The notes under the pieces were generated by a model, which was not told the DNA's origin, searched no databases, and was given only the letters and a program-made list of their open reading frames with translations. Of a stretch of DNA of 64,000 nucleotides, positions 1 through 10,046 are shown piece by piece (the stretch's first letter is position 1; each line of letters starts with the position of its first letter). This DNA is from a virus (lineage: Duplodnaviria; Caudoviricetes). The stretch is taken from IMG/VR virus record IMGVR_UViG_3300043422_000045, positions 32,001 through 96,000 of that record. One strand, 5' to 3'. Made by a program: the position numbers and the translations under genes.

Positions 1-919
1 TAAGATATTCTTATACTCTGATAATATATTTGTGTCTAAAGATGCAAATGACGAAAGCGAACCTACAGCTAAAGGTGAAACATTAAGAAAAACTTTAAGT
101 GATTTTATAGATGCTATCAATGCACATAAACATTTAACGCCTTCTGGTATTTCAGACGTGCCTATTAATAAAGCTGATTTTAAATTAATACAAGATGATT
201 TAGAAACTATAAAGCACGTCGGCGGAGTACAGTCTGTTGAAATGACAGAAGAAGAATTAGCTGCTGCAGATTCAGCGTCGTTAAGCGGAGGATCTATTAG
301 CTCTTCAACGTTATCTGCATTAGGTGGTAGTTCGAAGTTTGATCCTGACGCATCCAAGAAACTTAAAAAAGAAATAGATTCATATAAGACCGATAACATA
401 GTTTATAAATCTGGTTCTAAAAAACCTAAAGCTGTACCAAGATCTTTGATCATGGCTATGAAAAAATACGGTATTACTAGCCCCTTGCAAAGAGCTCACT
501 TTTTAGCTCAATGTGCGCATGAGTCTGGCGAATTTAAATGTCGTGAAGAATTTGCTTCAGGTTCAGCGTATGAAGGTAGAAAGGACCTTGGTAATATTCA
601 ACCAGGTGATGGCGTACGTTTTAAAGGTCGTGGCTTTGTTCAAATTACAGGACGTGCAAACTATAAACAATTTTCGAAATACTGCGGAGAAGATCTTACA
701 ACTAATCCAACTGCGTTAGCAACTAAGTATGCTGCAGATACTGCAACATGGTTTTGGCAAACTAGAAAATTAAATGCTTATGCTGTAGATGATTCACTTG
801 CAAGTATTAAAGCAATAACACGAAGAATTAATGGGGGTTTTAATGGTTTACAAGATCGTGTGAATAGATTTGCAGATTATTGGGCTATTCTAAAAGATAA
901 TCCAAACGCATTTACATAA
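1..919 (+). CDS. 5'-truncated baseplate spike (gp5/GpV-like) paralog with C-terminal glycoside hydrolase family 19 (peptidoglycan hydrolase) domain
   Basis: The frame is open from position 2 (KIFLYSDNIFVSKD...), so the gene starts before the window. Spike segment ESEPTAKGETLR...HKH matches the next gene. GH19 motifs: AHFLAQCAHESG, YEGRKDLGN, FKGRGFVQITGRANY, TRRINGG. Confidence 0.8.
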   Translation, partial: KIFLYSDNIFVSKDANDESEPTAKGETLRKTLSDFIDAINAHKHLTPSGISDVPINKADFKLIQDDLETIKHVGGVQSVEMTEEELAAADSASLSGGSISSSTLSALGGSSKFDPDASKKLKKEIDSYKTDNIVYKSGSKKPKAVPRSLIMAMKKYGITSPLQRAHFLAQCAHESGEFKCREEFASGSAYEGRKDLGNIQPGDGVRFKGRGFVQITGRANYKQFSKYCGEDLTTNPTALATKYAADTATWFWQTRKLNAYAVDDSLASIKAITRRINGGFNGLQDRVNRFADYWAILKDNPNAFT

Positions 920-936
920 TATAGATAAATATTCTA

Positions 937-1593
937 ATGAATTCATTTAGAGACGGACATTGGCTTGGAGAGGTTATTGATAATAAAGATCCTCTTAAAA
1001 ATGGCAGATGTAAGGTTAAAGTTTATGGAACTTTTGATAATCTTACAGCTGATACCATACCATGGGCTAGTGCAGGAAATAGAATGGCAGTTGGTCAGCA
1101 CTTAATACCAAATGTTGGCGATATAGTTGCTATTACTTTTGATAATGGTAATATCTATGCACCCGTTTATTCATATCAGATTAATCAAAATAAACAATTA
1201 AAGTCTGAGATTTTAGATAGCGCAGCAAAGCCAGAAGATGTAATAGCTTTAATATATGATGCAACTAGAAATTTTAGATTTTATAAGTCTGAAGAAGATG
1301 GATTAATCATCACAACAGGTAAAGATAAAAATTCTCAACCGATGATTAAATTTAAAGATGATAAAATCTATTTAAACTCTAACAATATTTTTATAGCAAC
1401 AAGCCCAACTGATGAATCAGAACCTGCTGTTAGAGGCGAAACATTAAGAGGTATTTTAGATGATTTTATGAATGCGTTTAATTCGCACACACATCCAACA
1501 CCGACTGGACCTTCAGGTCCACCGATTGCACCAGAATTACCTAAGGTAAAAGGTTTACAATCTAAATTAGAAAAGATTAAGCAGAAAAAGTAG
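937..1593 (+). CDS. Baseplate hub/spike protein, gp5 N-terminal OB-fold with HxH apex
   Basis: GEVIDNKDPLKNGRCKVKVYG...IPWA...P.VGD.V is the gp5/VgrG OB signature. C-terminal HTHPTPTGPSGPP is typical of metal-binding spike tips. Confidence 0.8.
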   Translation: MNSFRDGHWLGEVIDNKDPLKNGRCKVKVYGTFDNLTADTIPWASAGNRMAVGQHLIPNVGDIVAITFDNGNIYAPVYSYQINQNKQLKSEILDSAAKPEDVIALIYDATRNFRFYKSEEDGLIITTGKDKNSQPMIKFKDDKIYLNSNNIFIATSPTDESEPAVRGETLRGILDDFMNAFNSHTHPTPTGPSGPPIAPELPKVKGLQSKLEKIKQKK

Positions 1594-1620
1594 ATAGATA
1601 ATCTGTAAATAAAAATAACT

Positions 1621-3159
1621 ATGCCTGCACAGTGGCCATTATTCATAAATAACGTATCTTCAAAAATGGCGTCTAAAACTCTTAAGACGTCTGATGATAT
1701 GGCTATGCTTATTTCTCAAGAATATTTTAATGCAGTCAAAACTTCACAAACACCTTTCGGTAATATTCATCAATCTGGTCAAAAGGCAATTTTAGATGCT
1801 GGCTTTAAAGAAGCATTTAAACAACTTTATGAATCACAAACACCTTCATTAGAAGATAAAAAACTAGATCCTGCATTCAATGATCTTAAAGATACTTTGC
1901 CAATTCCTAACATAAATGCAAATATAGACAAAGAATTAGAAGCATGTTTGGCAACTAAACCAGAATATGTGTTTTATGATTTTGGGTTTGTAACAAGTCC
2001 TATAGTCACTAAAGAATTAATTACTGAAATTAAATACACAGAAGTTGAAGTTCCACAAATAATATTTAGTGGTATAGATGGTGAAGCACCTTATTCATTT
2101 ACATATTCAATAGATGGCGTAATTCAACCGAGCATACTATCTGATAATTCTGGTCAAATTATAATCGATATAGACAAATCAAAACCGGGTAGTTTTGAAT
2201 ATAGATTGATAGGTATTACAGATGCTAAAGATACTCGCAAAGAGATGGATTCTTCTGTTGTTGTAATAGTGCCTGAAAATAAGTATGAAGAAACTTATAT
2301 TAAAGAAACATCTGTTGATTTACCAAAACTAAAAGAAGAACAAATTATTGAATTGCTTGCCAATAAGGTTTATTATCAATATGATAAAAGCGAAGAATTT
2401 AGATTGTGGCTAGATAGATTAAAACACGGCACAAATGCTGGTTTAGGTAATAAAGTCGCATCTCTTGTTAAAAAATGGATTAGTGAAAATAAAAAAATTA
2501 CTTTAACATACAATAAGCATAAATTTCAATCTTCGCACGAAGATATTAAATCTTTACCAGATTTCGTAAAAGAAAAAGAAATTATCGTAAAATTCACATA
2601 TCATCCTATAAAAGACAGTGTTAAAAAAGCTGAGCATAAATTGTTAATGGTGTTACCAGCTGTTGTAAATCAACACGAATCTCGAATTGTAAATGAAAAG
2701 GTAGACTTGTGGAAAATTGAAAGAGACAGATGGAATAAAGATAGAATTGATTGTGTCAATAAAATAGCAGATTCTTATAAAAAAGAAGCAGATAAAGGAT
2801 CTGATGAAGCTTATGACAAAATAGCAAAAGCTGTTATTGATTATTGGATGTCAACTACAACTAAACCATTTCAACCTGGACCACCAATTCCTCCATGTAT
2901 GATACCGACACCCGGCACATACATGCCTGTTTATTATGGTTCACAAAAAAAATTAGCAGCCAATATAAAAAGAGCATTGAATAGCGGTAAATATTTTGAA
3001 TATCCACCAACAATTCAACCTGCTACAAAAGTAGTTGCATCAGCATTAGCTGTTGCATTTTCTTTACATTTATTAGAATTAAAATTTATTTACATGGGTC
3101 AAATATATGTTGGTGTTTCAACAGCACCAATGATAGGCTTTGTACCCGTAGTATTTTAA
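1621..3159 (+). CDS. Hypothetical, probably virion-associated protein with an internal Ig-like segment
   Basis: 512-aa ORF inside the baseplate cluster; GIDGEAPYSFTYSIDG beta-rich segment. Confidence 0.4.
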   Translation: MPAQWPLFINNVSSKMASKTLKTSDDMAMLISQEYFNAVKTSQTPFGNIHQSGQKAILDAGFKEAFKQLYESQTPSLEDKKLDPAFNDLKDTLPIPNINANIDKELEACLATKPEYVFYDFGFVTSPIVTKELITEIKYTEVEVPQIIFSGIDGEAPYSFTYSIDGVIQPSILSDNSGQIIIDIDKSKPGSFEYRLIGITDAKDTRKEMDSSVVVIVPENKYEETYIKETSVDLPKLKEEQIIELLANKVYYQYDKSEEFRLWLDRLKHGTNAGLGNKVASLVKKWISENKKITLTYNKHKFQSSHEDIKSLPDFVKEKEIIVKFTYHPIKDSVKKAEHKLLMVLPAVVNQHESRIVNEKVDLWKIERDRWNKDRIDCVNKIADSYKKEADKGSDEAYDKIAKAVIDYWMSTTTKPFQPGPPIPPCMIPTPGTYMPVYYGSQKKLAANIKRALNSGKYFEYPPTIQPATKVVASALAVAFSLHLLELKFIYMGQIYVGVSTAPMIGFVPVVF

Positions 3160-3195
3160 GAGCAATATATAACTTAATTATTTAAAAACAAAAAA

Positions 3196-4464
3196 ATGAC
3201 AACACAAAAAAGAACAAGACTTTCAGCTACTGTAGAATTAGAAGCTCCAGCAATTGAAGTTGTAAAAAAAGAAACAAAAGAAACTAATCGTTTCCTAAAC
3301 GCAAATCAATCTCTTGAAGATTTTGATTGGGACACGCATGCTGCAGATTGTCCAAGTAGAATGAGAAAGGGAAATCCTTTTGTAAAAACCAGCGGAGACA
3401 CAAAGGTTTATTACCAAGGTGCTGATGCACAAAAATGGTTTGATTTATACGAAGGTATTATGGCAGATTTCAAAGCTGTTATTGAACCAAGCGAGCATCA
3501 TGATGGTACAATTTACTCTATGAGTAACGATTGGGCTATGTTAGACGTAGGTCACAGAGAAATGGTTTATATCGATTTAGGTAGAGAACCATCTTCTATT
3601 AGAAGTCTTATTGAAGTTGGAGCTAAATTCACTGTTAGAATTTTAAGCACTAAAAATCAAAAAGGATTTATCTTAGGTTCTATTAGCGAAGGAATGCGTC
3701 AAACTATTATCAATGATTTGAAAAAATCAATTGAGACTGGAAATACAGCATACATCGGAACCGTTACCAGCATGATTCCAGGCGGTGGTTACATGGTTAA
3801 CATCCAGGGAATTGACTGTTTTATGCCAGGCTCATTAGCAGGTGCTAATAAATTAGCTAATTTTGAATCTATTATTGGTACTGAAATGTACGTTGTTCCA
3901 GTTTCTTATTCGCACGAAAAAGGTACAGTTGTCGTATCACATAGAAAGTATTTGCAAGCAATGATTCCTAACGAAGTTGAAAAACTTAAAACGGTTGCTA
4001 AAGATAAAACATTTACTGGAGAAGTTACAGGTTCTGCTAAATTTGGTATCTTTATTGAATTTAACGGATGTTTAACTGGTATGATTCACATCAATGACTT
4101 AAACGAAGAATGGGTTGCTAAATTAGAAGCCAAAGAAGTTAATCCAGGTGATGCAATAGGGTTTGGTATTAAAGAAATCATCTCTGAAAAGAAAATTATG
4201 TTAACTCAAAAAGAAGAAGTTGAAGTAATTAATCCATGGGACGGCTTAGCTGCTAAATATACAGTGCCTGTTTTAGTTCAAGGTACAGTTAAAGCTACGA
4301 AAGACTATGGTATCTTTATCACAATTGAAGAAGGTATAGTTGGTTTATTACACATTTCTGAATTAGAAGGCATTGATACTTCTACAATTAAAAAAGGAGA
4401 TCCTATTGCAGTTACTGTAACTAGAATTGATGAAGCTAGCAGAAAAGTTTTCTTAAAACTTTAA
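3196..4464 (+). CDS. rpsA: Phage-encoded 30S ribosomal protein bS1 homolog (about 4 S1 domains)
   Basis: Repeated S1/OB motifs: GTVTSMIPGGGYMVNIQGIDCFMPGS, GEVTGSAKFGIFIEF..LTGMIHINDL, GTVKATKDYGIFITIEEGIVGLLHISEL. Also has VVVSHRK and an N-terminal EDFDWD. Confidence 0.85.
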   Translation: MTTQKRTRLSATVELEAPAIEVVKKETKETNRFLNANQSLEDFDWDTHAADCPSRMRKGNPFVKTSGDTKVYYQGADAQKWFDLYEGIMADFKAVIEPSEHHDGTIYSMSNDWAMLDVGHREMVYIDLGREPSSIRSLIEVGAKFTVRILSTKNQKGFILGSISEGMRQTIINDLKKSIETGNTAYIGTVTSMIPGGGYMVNIQGIDCFMPGSLAGANKLANFESIIGTEMYVVPVSYSHEKGTVVVSHRKYLQAMIPNEVEKLKTVAKDKTFTGEVTGSAKFGIFIEFNGCLTGMIHINDLNEEWVAKLEAKEVNPGDAIGFGIKEIISEKKIMLTQKEEVEVINPWDGLAAKYTVPVLVQGTVKATKDYGIFITIEEGIVGLLHISELEGIDTSTIKKGDPIAVTVTRIDEASRKVFLKL

Positions 4465-4491
4465 TTGTTAATAACTTTATAAAATTAATTA

Positions 4492-4520
4492 GCCCGAGAT
4501 TTTTTAATCTCGGGTTTTTT
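4492..4520 (+). terminator. Intrinsic terminator after the S1 gene
   Basis: gcccgagat/atctcgggt stem followed by a T-run. Confidence 0.75.
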
Positions 4521-4523
4521 GTT

Positions 4524-4555
4524 TATATTTACATTATAATTAAAACCGATAAATA
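4524..4555 (+). promoter_or_regulatory. Early-type TATATTTAC motif plus late-type GATAAATA motif
   Basis: Both motifs recur before other genes in this window. Confidence 0.45.
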
Positions 4556-4559
4556 ACGT

Positions 4560-5369
4560 ATGAACAAAATTAAATCATATACTCAATTTTTGAATGAATC
4601 CAACTCTACGAATATAGTAAATGTGATATTGGATGCATTAGAACCAACTATTGTTAACATGTTATCTCAATCTGAAACCGCATATATTAAACAATTTGGT
4701 AAAGAGTTTTCTAAATATGAAAGAGAAATCACTAGACTTACTCTGATATATGATATGGTTAAATCTATCGAAACATACACAACGCCTTCTGATAATTTAC
4801 TTTCAATTAATGCTGGCGGAAGTCCTAAAGGAAATATAGAAATAACTGCGCAAATACAAAGAGAAGGCGTTACGTATAACTTTTCAACGGAAGTAATTTA
4901 CGCCGGAGGTTATAACATACAAAGATTACATTATCGTTATATTACCAAAACAAGTATTCCTAAAACTTCTAGTAAAACTATAACTCAAGAATATGGTGAC
5001 AAAATTAAAAAGATGTCAAAGCTTGAAAAAATCAATGATGAAATATCAATGTATGAATTTAGAATCAAAAGAGCCGAAGAATTATATGATAAAAATTCTA
5101 AGTTAAGCGATGATCAAATAATACAAGCCATAAAAAATGATCCTAAAGATTCTTGGTATGAATGGCCAACTTGGAAGGAAATAGTAAAGAGAGACGCTGC
5201 TAAAAATTACAATAACGACGAATCATATTACAACGACCAGCGAGAAGAAGGCATAGCTAAAAGAATTGAATCTTGGAAAAGAATCAATGTTCATGACAAA
5301 CCGCGCAACATAGCTGATTACAATAAAACAATCAAGAAGTTACAAACAAAGTTAGATGCTTTGTTATAG
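4560..5369 (+). CDS. Hypothetical protein with N-terminal capsid-targeting-like motif (putative internal head protein)
   Basis: MNKIKSYTQFLNE/S resembles the T4 internal-protein CTS MKTYQEFIAE. Confidence 0.5.
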   Translation: MNKIKSYTQFLNESNSTNIVNVILDALEPTIVNMLSQSETAYIKQFGKEFSKYEREITRLTLIYDMVKSIETYTTPSDNLLSINAGGSPKGNIEITAQIQREGVTYNFSTEVIYAGGYNIQRLHYRYITKTSIPKTSSKTITQEYGDKIKKMSKLEKINDEISMYEFRIKRAEELYDKNSKLSDDQIIQAIKNDPKDSWYEWPTWKEIVKRDAAKNYNNDESYYNDQREEGIAKRIESWKRINVHDKPRNIADYNKTIKKLQTKLDALL

Positions 5370-5381
5370 ATAATTTGTAAG

Positions 5382-5416
5382 GATATATATAGTGAACTAA
5401 TAACATTCATTATATA
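5382..5416 (+). promoter_or_regulatory. Late-type promoter GATATATA overlapped by a hairpin that ends at the start codon
   Basis: tatatagtgaa (5386-5396) pairs with ttcattatata (5406-5416); ATG at 5418. Confidence 0.45.
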
Positions 5417-5417
5417 A

Positions 5418-6719
5418 ATGATAAACCTTAAAGACTCAGACATTTTATCAAAAGGCTTGGTTGGGGTAGAATTCGAATTCTATTCTAATACGAGTATTGA
5501 AGATACAGCCAAAGAAGTTGGCAAATTACTTGGTAAGAAAATACGTGTAGAAAAGAAAGCCCATAGTGAATTTCAACCAACGCAGGATGAATTTAAAATG
5601 GAACCAGACATGTCCGGTGGAGCTGGATTAATTGAATTAGTTACAGGAGCTGTTCCTTATTCTGCAGGTAGATTAATGATTATCAAGATGTGCGACTGGA
5701 TTAAAAAGAATGGTTACACTACAGATAGATCTTCTATTCATTTAAATTTAAGTTTTAATCCAGAATTATCTGGTAATAAAAACTTACTTTCTAAAATGAA
5801 TCCTTTAAAATTTATCTTGGATTTTAATGAAGACAAAGTTTGGAAAGCATTTCCAAATAGACAAGATTCAACATACGCAAAATCAATAAAGTTTGTAATT
5901 CCTAGAATTGAAACATATTCTTATAACGGAGAGCAAATTAGCTCAAACAACTTTATATTTCCTAGAACAAAATATTATGGAGTTAACTTTGAAAAACTTC
6001 AAAAGAACTATCTTGAATTTAGATATTTAGGTGGTGAAAATTGGCATGAAAAATCTGCTAAGATTTTAAATCTTATGGATTATTTCTTGGTTCAATTGTG
6101 GACAACTGCAAGTGACAATCAAACATCTTTTAATGATTTAAATAAAATTGAGCTTAAAAAGATTTTAGCAGATAACAAAAAGGTAATTGATTTAAGAGTC
6201 GATTGGAGAAATATCGAAAAGAACTTTCCAAAATGTAAATTCACGGTGGACATGTCAAATGATCCTGGCGTTTTAGATTTATATTGGCCACAGATAAAAG
6301 AAAGAGTAGCTTTGTTATTTACTCAAGGCCAAATGGACAAAGGAAATATCAATTATGATTCTGATGCTGGTAGAATTCAAGTACAAGACGGACATTTACC
6401 GTATTGCTTTCAATTAGAAGCTTATGAATTTATTGGATGTTCATTACAAGGTGAATTTACATATTGTGATTTCTTTACATGTGATATACAGTCATCTGAT
6501 ATTAAAAATTGCAATATCTATTATAACACCCAAGTCAACAATTCAAAAGTAGGTTCATCACAAACAGCATGGAATGCAGTGCTTAAAAACTGTTACGTTT
6601 ATGGCACTGACACTATATTTAAAGGAACTATGCAAGGCGGAATCTTTAGAGAAGGTAAATATGATGCAAAATTTGCAAAATTCGATGACGTTGAGATAAT
6701 AAAATCTTACAAAATATAA
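5418..6719 (+). CDS. Putative amidoligase (COOH-NH2 ligase, Amidoligase_2-like) with C-terminal beta-helix-like repeats
   Basis: GVEFEF, ELVT, SSIHLNLS, KYYGVN and LEFRYLGG motifs; C-terminal spaced C/F/I repeats. Confidence 0.7.
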   Translation: MINLKDSDILSKGLVGVEFEFYSNTSIEDTAKEVGKLLGKKIRVEKKAHSEFQPTQDEFKMEPDMSGGAGLIELVTGAVPYSAGRLMIIKMCDWIKKNGYTTDRSSIHLNLSFNPELSGNKNLLSKMNPLKFILDFNEDKVWKAFPNRQDSTYAKSIKFVIPRIETYSYNGEQISSNNFIFPRTKYYGVNFEKLQKNYLEFRYLGGENWHEKSAKILNLMDYFLVQLWTTASDNQTSFNDLNKIELKKILADNKKVIDLRVDWRNIEKNFPKCKFTVDMSNDPGVLDLYWPQIKERVALLFTQGQMDKGNINYDSDAGRIQVQDGHLPYCFQLEAYEFIGCSLQGEFTYCDFFTCDIQSSDIKNCNIYYNTQVNNSKVGSSQTAWNAVLKNCYVYGTDTIFKGTMQGGIFREGKYDAKFAKFDDVEIIKSYKI

Positions 6720-6728
6720 TTAATAAGT

Positions 6729-7562
6729 ATGAGCACTATTAACAGCGGACAAACGCCTGGCATTTCTACTCCACCTTCATGGGATAGTTCATGTTCAAAT
6801 GATTTTTTAAATCAATTGGCAGAAGATATTACAGGGTCTTGTATGATTCCTATGAACTTACCCAAAAAAGAGGTTTATAACATTGTTCAAAGAGCTAAAA
6901 AATGGTTTTATAAAAATTACGAATACTCTATGAAAGAGAGTTTCTACATTTTACCATTGCCCCTATTCAAAACAGATTATTTTAAACATACAAGATCATT
7001 TACTCTACCAAAAGAAGATCCAACAACTGGCGGCGGTGAAGTGTATTCCGTATATGGTGTTAATATGATAGGCTCTAGATTTGGAGCAGGAACTTCTGTT
7101 ACCTTTACAACTGGTGACTTTGCCATGGAAAGAATGCTTTACGGTGGACTTTACGGTGGTACTGGTACTGTTGCAGGTGCTGAAAACTTACAATATTATG
7201 TAATTAATGAAAGTTACTTTGATATGACTAGACAGATTCTTCAGAATCCTATGTCTTTTAATTACAATCAATTGACACACGAACTTAGATTTACAGGTGA
7301 ATTACCTGTAAAAGACGTTGTTTTGCAGATATATGAAACTGTTCCAGAATGTGCTCTTTTTGCAGATGAAGCTTTCTTTAGATATTGCGCAGCAAAAATT
7401 AAAATAGCTTTAGGAAATAAAATGCAGATCTTCGGCTATAATTTACCAGGTGGAATCTCAGTTAATGCTGATGCAATTCAAAGTTTAGGCGAAAGTGAAT
7501 TAGAAGCAGTTATCGATGAAATCAAATCTGATGAGGGTACAGATTGGATGATGCATTCTTAA
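6729..7562 (+). CDS. Neck protein, T4 gp13-like
   Basis: C-terminal KIALG.KM..F.YNLPGGISVNADAI...GESELEA resembles gp13-type neck proteins; structural gene context. Confidence 0.65.
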   Translation: MSTINSGQTPGISTPPSWDSSCSNDFLNQLAEDITGSCMIPMNLPKKEVYNIVQRAKKWFYKNYEYSMKESFYILPLPLFKTDYFKHTRSFTLPKEDPTTGGGEVYSVYGVNMIGSRFGAGTSVTFTTGDFAMERMLYGGLYGGTGTVAGAENLQYYVINESYFDMTRQILQNPMSFNYNQLTHELRFTGELPVKDVVLQIYETVPECALFADEAFFRYCAAKIKIALGNKMQIFGYNLPGGISVNADAIQSLGESELEAVIDEIKSDEGTDWMMHS

Positions 7563-7577
7563 TAAAATATATACTTA

Positions 7578-7931
7578 ATGGAATTCTATATAAAATCTAT
7601 TGAAGATCCACATTTTGACAGGTATAAACTACAATCAGAAAGTGATATCGCACAAGCAATTACACAACTTGAAGTTCTTCTTTTTACTAAAAAAGGAGAA
7701 GTTTTAGGTGAACCTGATTTTGGTTGTGATTTAGAAAGTCTTATATTTGAATTCAGTTATAATGATTTTCAGTTAACTCGTGAAATAAACCAACAGATTG
7801 ACAGATATTGCCCATTGGCTAGAAGATTACGCACCGTCGTATCTACTACTTATGAAAGAGGTGAAGATAGGGATGCTATATTTATAGACGTAACTATCGA
7901 TTCTCAATATCAAATCAAAGTAATAATATAA
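7578..7931 (+). CDS. Baseplate wedge protein, gp25/GpW-like
   Basis: LLFTKKGEVLGEPDFGCDLESLIFE is the gp25 signature. Confidence 0.85.
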   Translation: MEFYIKSIEDPHFDRYKLQSESDIAQAITQLEVLLFTKKGEVLGEPDFGCDLESLIFEFSYNDFQLTREINQQIDRYCPLARRLRTVVSTTYERGEDRDAIFIDVTIDSQYQIKVII

Positions 7932-7946
7932 AACATTTAAAACTAA

Positions 7947-9764
7947 ATGGCAAATTTAAAATTTTTATCAACATCTAGAATTAAAGCAGCTGAGATGTTA
8001 GACGACACTAAGACTTATATAGGTCGAGTGTATGGTCGTTTAGGTGAATTGTTTACAACAGCATCACCTTTTTCACAAATTATACAAGTAGTTTCTGAAT
8101 TAGGGGAATTGATATTCTTTTACGTTGAAAATTCAACAGTTGAACAAAATATTATAACGGCCCAGCAACCTGAATCAGTGTATGGTTTGGCTAGATTAGC
8201 TGGCCATGATTCATATAGAGGTGCCAGCGCTATTGGTGAAATTAAGATTAGATTGAATACGTCTTCGGCCGGTGACATCTCTGGCAGCACGTTAAACATT
8301 CCAGCTAATGCAATTATTACATCTCAATCAAATGGTTTAAAATATACATTAAGAACCAATGCAGATCAATTTAGAATTGAAAAATCTAATTCTAATTATA
8401 TTTATATTCCAATTATACAAGGTGTTTTTGAAACACAAACAGTTACATCTAATGGAAATGACTTACAATCCTTTAATATTATAACTAGAAAGAGTGATCA
8501 TGATAACATTACAGTTTCTGTTAATGGTGAAAAATGGGAAAAGTATGATTCTTTATATGATATGAAACCAACAACTAAAGGTTATTTAATTAAAACTGGA
8601 ATTACAGGTGGTTTAGATCTTTATTTTGGTAATGGTAACTTTGGTGCAGTGCCTCAAACTGGTGCTTCTATTCAAGTTGAATATTTGGTTTCTAGAGGTG
8701 CATTAGGAAATTTAAATCACTCTAAAGATTTAACTTTTAAATTTGAAACGCAAGGCTTTGATTCTATGGGAAATTCTCATAATTTAAATGATGTCTTAGA
8801 TGTTCAGTGCACTGTTGCACCAATCATGGGCGCAGATGAAGAAAACTTAAGTTTAACTAAACTTATTGCTCCATTAGCTTCAAAATCATTTGTTCTTGCA
8901 ACACCTGAAAATTATGAATACTTTTTATCTAAATACGGAATGTTTTCTTATTTAGACGCTTATAATACAACCGACGATGGATATTTAGATGATGACAATA
9001 TCATTTACTTATTTATGCTGCCTGATGTTAAAAGAAAATTAACTAATAATCAAGATTACTTTAGTTTGCCAGTTGATGAATTCTTCTTTTCACAAGATGA
9101 GAAAACGGCAATTTTAACGACTTTAGAAAAATCAGGCCAACAAATGGTAACTACCGAAGTTCAAATTGTAAATCCTGAAGTTTTAAGATTTAGAATGGAC
9201 ATTAAAGTAAGATACTTTGAAAACTATACTAAACAAGATATTTTCACAGAGATTAGATCTAAAGTTTCAGATTATTTAATGAATATTACTAGAAGAGATC
9301 GTTTACCTAAGTCAGATATTATTGCTATAATTGAATCTGTTAATGGCGTTGACTCCGTGAATGTTAGATTTGTGTCTGAAACTGAAGAAATTGCTAGAAA
9401 AAATGGTTACTATACTGTAACTTCTACAACAGTTACTCCATCTACACCAACTTTACAGGATGTTGGAAATGGTCAATCTAAATTTGTATTCTTTAAAAAG
9501 ACTGTAACTAAAACAACGGTAAATTTTGCGCCTAATGATCCACTCCCAGAGTCGGTAATTGGTTTAGATTCATTTGGTGATATTATTTTAGGCAAAGAAC
9601 AAGTAGCTTTATTTAGAGGTGATTGGAATGATAGAGATGACGTCGCAGTTTTAGATAATGCTTTATTAGGAGAACAAGCTGCTCTTTCAGTTTATTTTGA
9701 TGAGCCTGCTAGACCTAATACTATTTTCTCTACGATACAAACACAAAATAGAAAGAAAATATAA
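7947..9764 (+). CDS. Baseplate wedge protein, gp6/Baseplate-J-like
   Basis: NIITAQQPESVYGLARLAG, LYFGNGNFG.VP, V.YLVSRGALGN, GADEE, TPENYE and VNGVDSV motifs; follows gp25. Confidence 0.8.
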   Translation: MANLKFLSTSRIKAAEMLDDTKTYIGRVYGRLGELFTTASPFSQIIQVVSELGELIFFYVENSTVEQNIITAQQPESVYGLARLAGHDSYRGASAIGEIKIRLNTSSAGDISGSTLNIPANAIITSQSNGLKYTLRTNADQFRIEKSNSNYIYIPIIQGVFETQTVTSNGNDLQSFNIITRKSDHDNITVSVNGEKWEKYDSLYDMKPTTKGYLIKTGITGGLDLYFGNGNFGAVPQTGASIQVEYLVSRGALGNLNHSKDLTFKFETQGFDSMGNSHNLNDVLDVQCTVAPIMGADEENLSLTKLIAPLASKSFVLATPENYEYFLSKYGMFSYLDAYNTTDDGYLDDDNIIYLFMLPDVKRKLTNNQDYFSLPVDEFFFSQDEKTAILTTLEKSGQQMVTTEVQIVNPEVLRFRMDIKVRYFENYTKQDIFTEIRSKVSDYLMNITRRDRLPKSDIIAIIESVNGVDSVNVRFVSETEEIARKNGYYTVTSTTVTPSTPTLQDVGNGQSKFVFFKKTVTKTTVNFAPNDPLPESVIGLDSFGDIILGKEQVALFRGDWNDRDDVAVLDNALLGEQAALSVYFDEPARPNTIFSTIQTQNRKKI

Positions 9765-10045
9765 TGGCACAAAACGAAGATATATTAGAAGGTTTATTTA
9801 AAAATACTAAAATAAGTATTTACGATGCAACTGATTCTGCAAAAGATAATAGAAAAAATACAGGTTATGATTTCTCTGAAGATCTAATGCGTAAAAATCT
9901 TTCACCATTATTATTTAAAAATGAATACTTAGCCAACTTTATCAATCTCATACAGTTACCGATAATAAAGTTTATAAATACAGTAACGACTCTTAGAGTA
10001 TACAAATCATATACTGTCAAAAAAGACTATACGAAAGTAAGATAA
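9764..10045 (+). CDS. Hypothetical baseplate-associated protein
   Basis: Translationally coupled (TAATG) to the gp6-like gene. Confidence 0.45.
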   Translation: MAQNEDILEGLFKNTKISIYDATDSAKDNRKNTGYDFSEDLMRKNLSPLLFKNEYLANFINLIQLPIIKFINTVTTLRVYKSYTVKKDYTKVR

Positions 10046-10046
10046 C

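Noticed and set aside
32-919. GH19 ORF as a stand-alone endolysin starting at GTG 32
   Set aside because: The frame is open to the window edge and the upstream residues align with the neighbouring spike protein.
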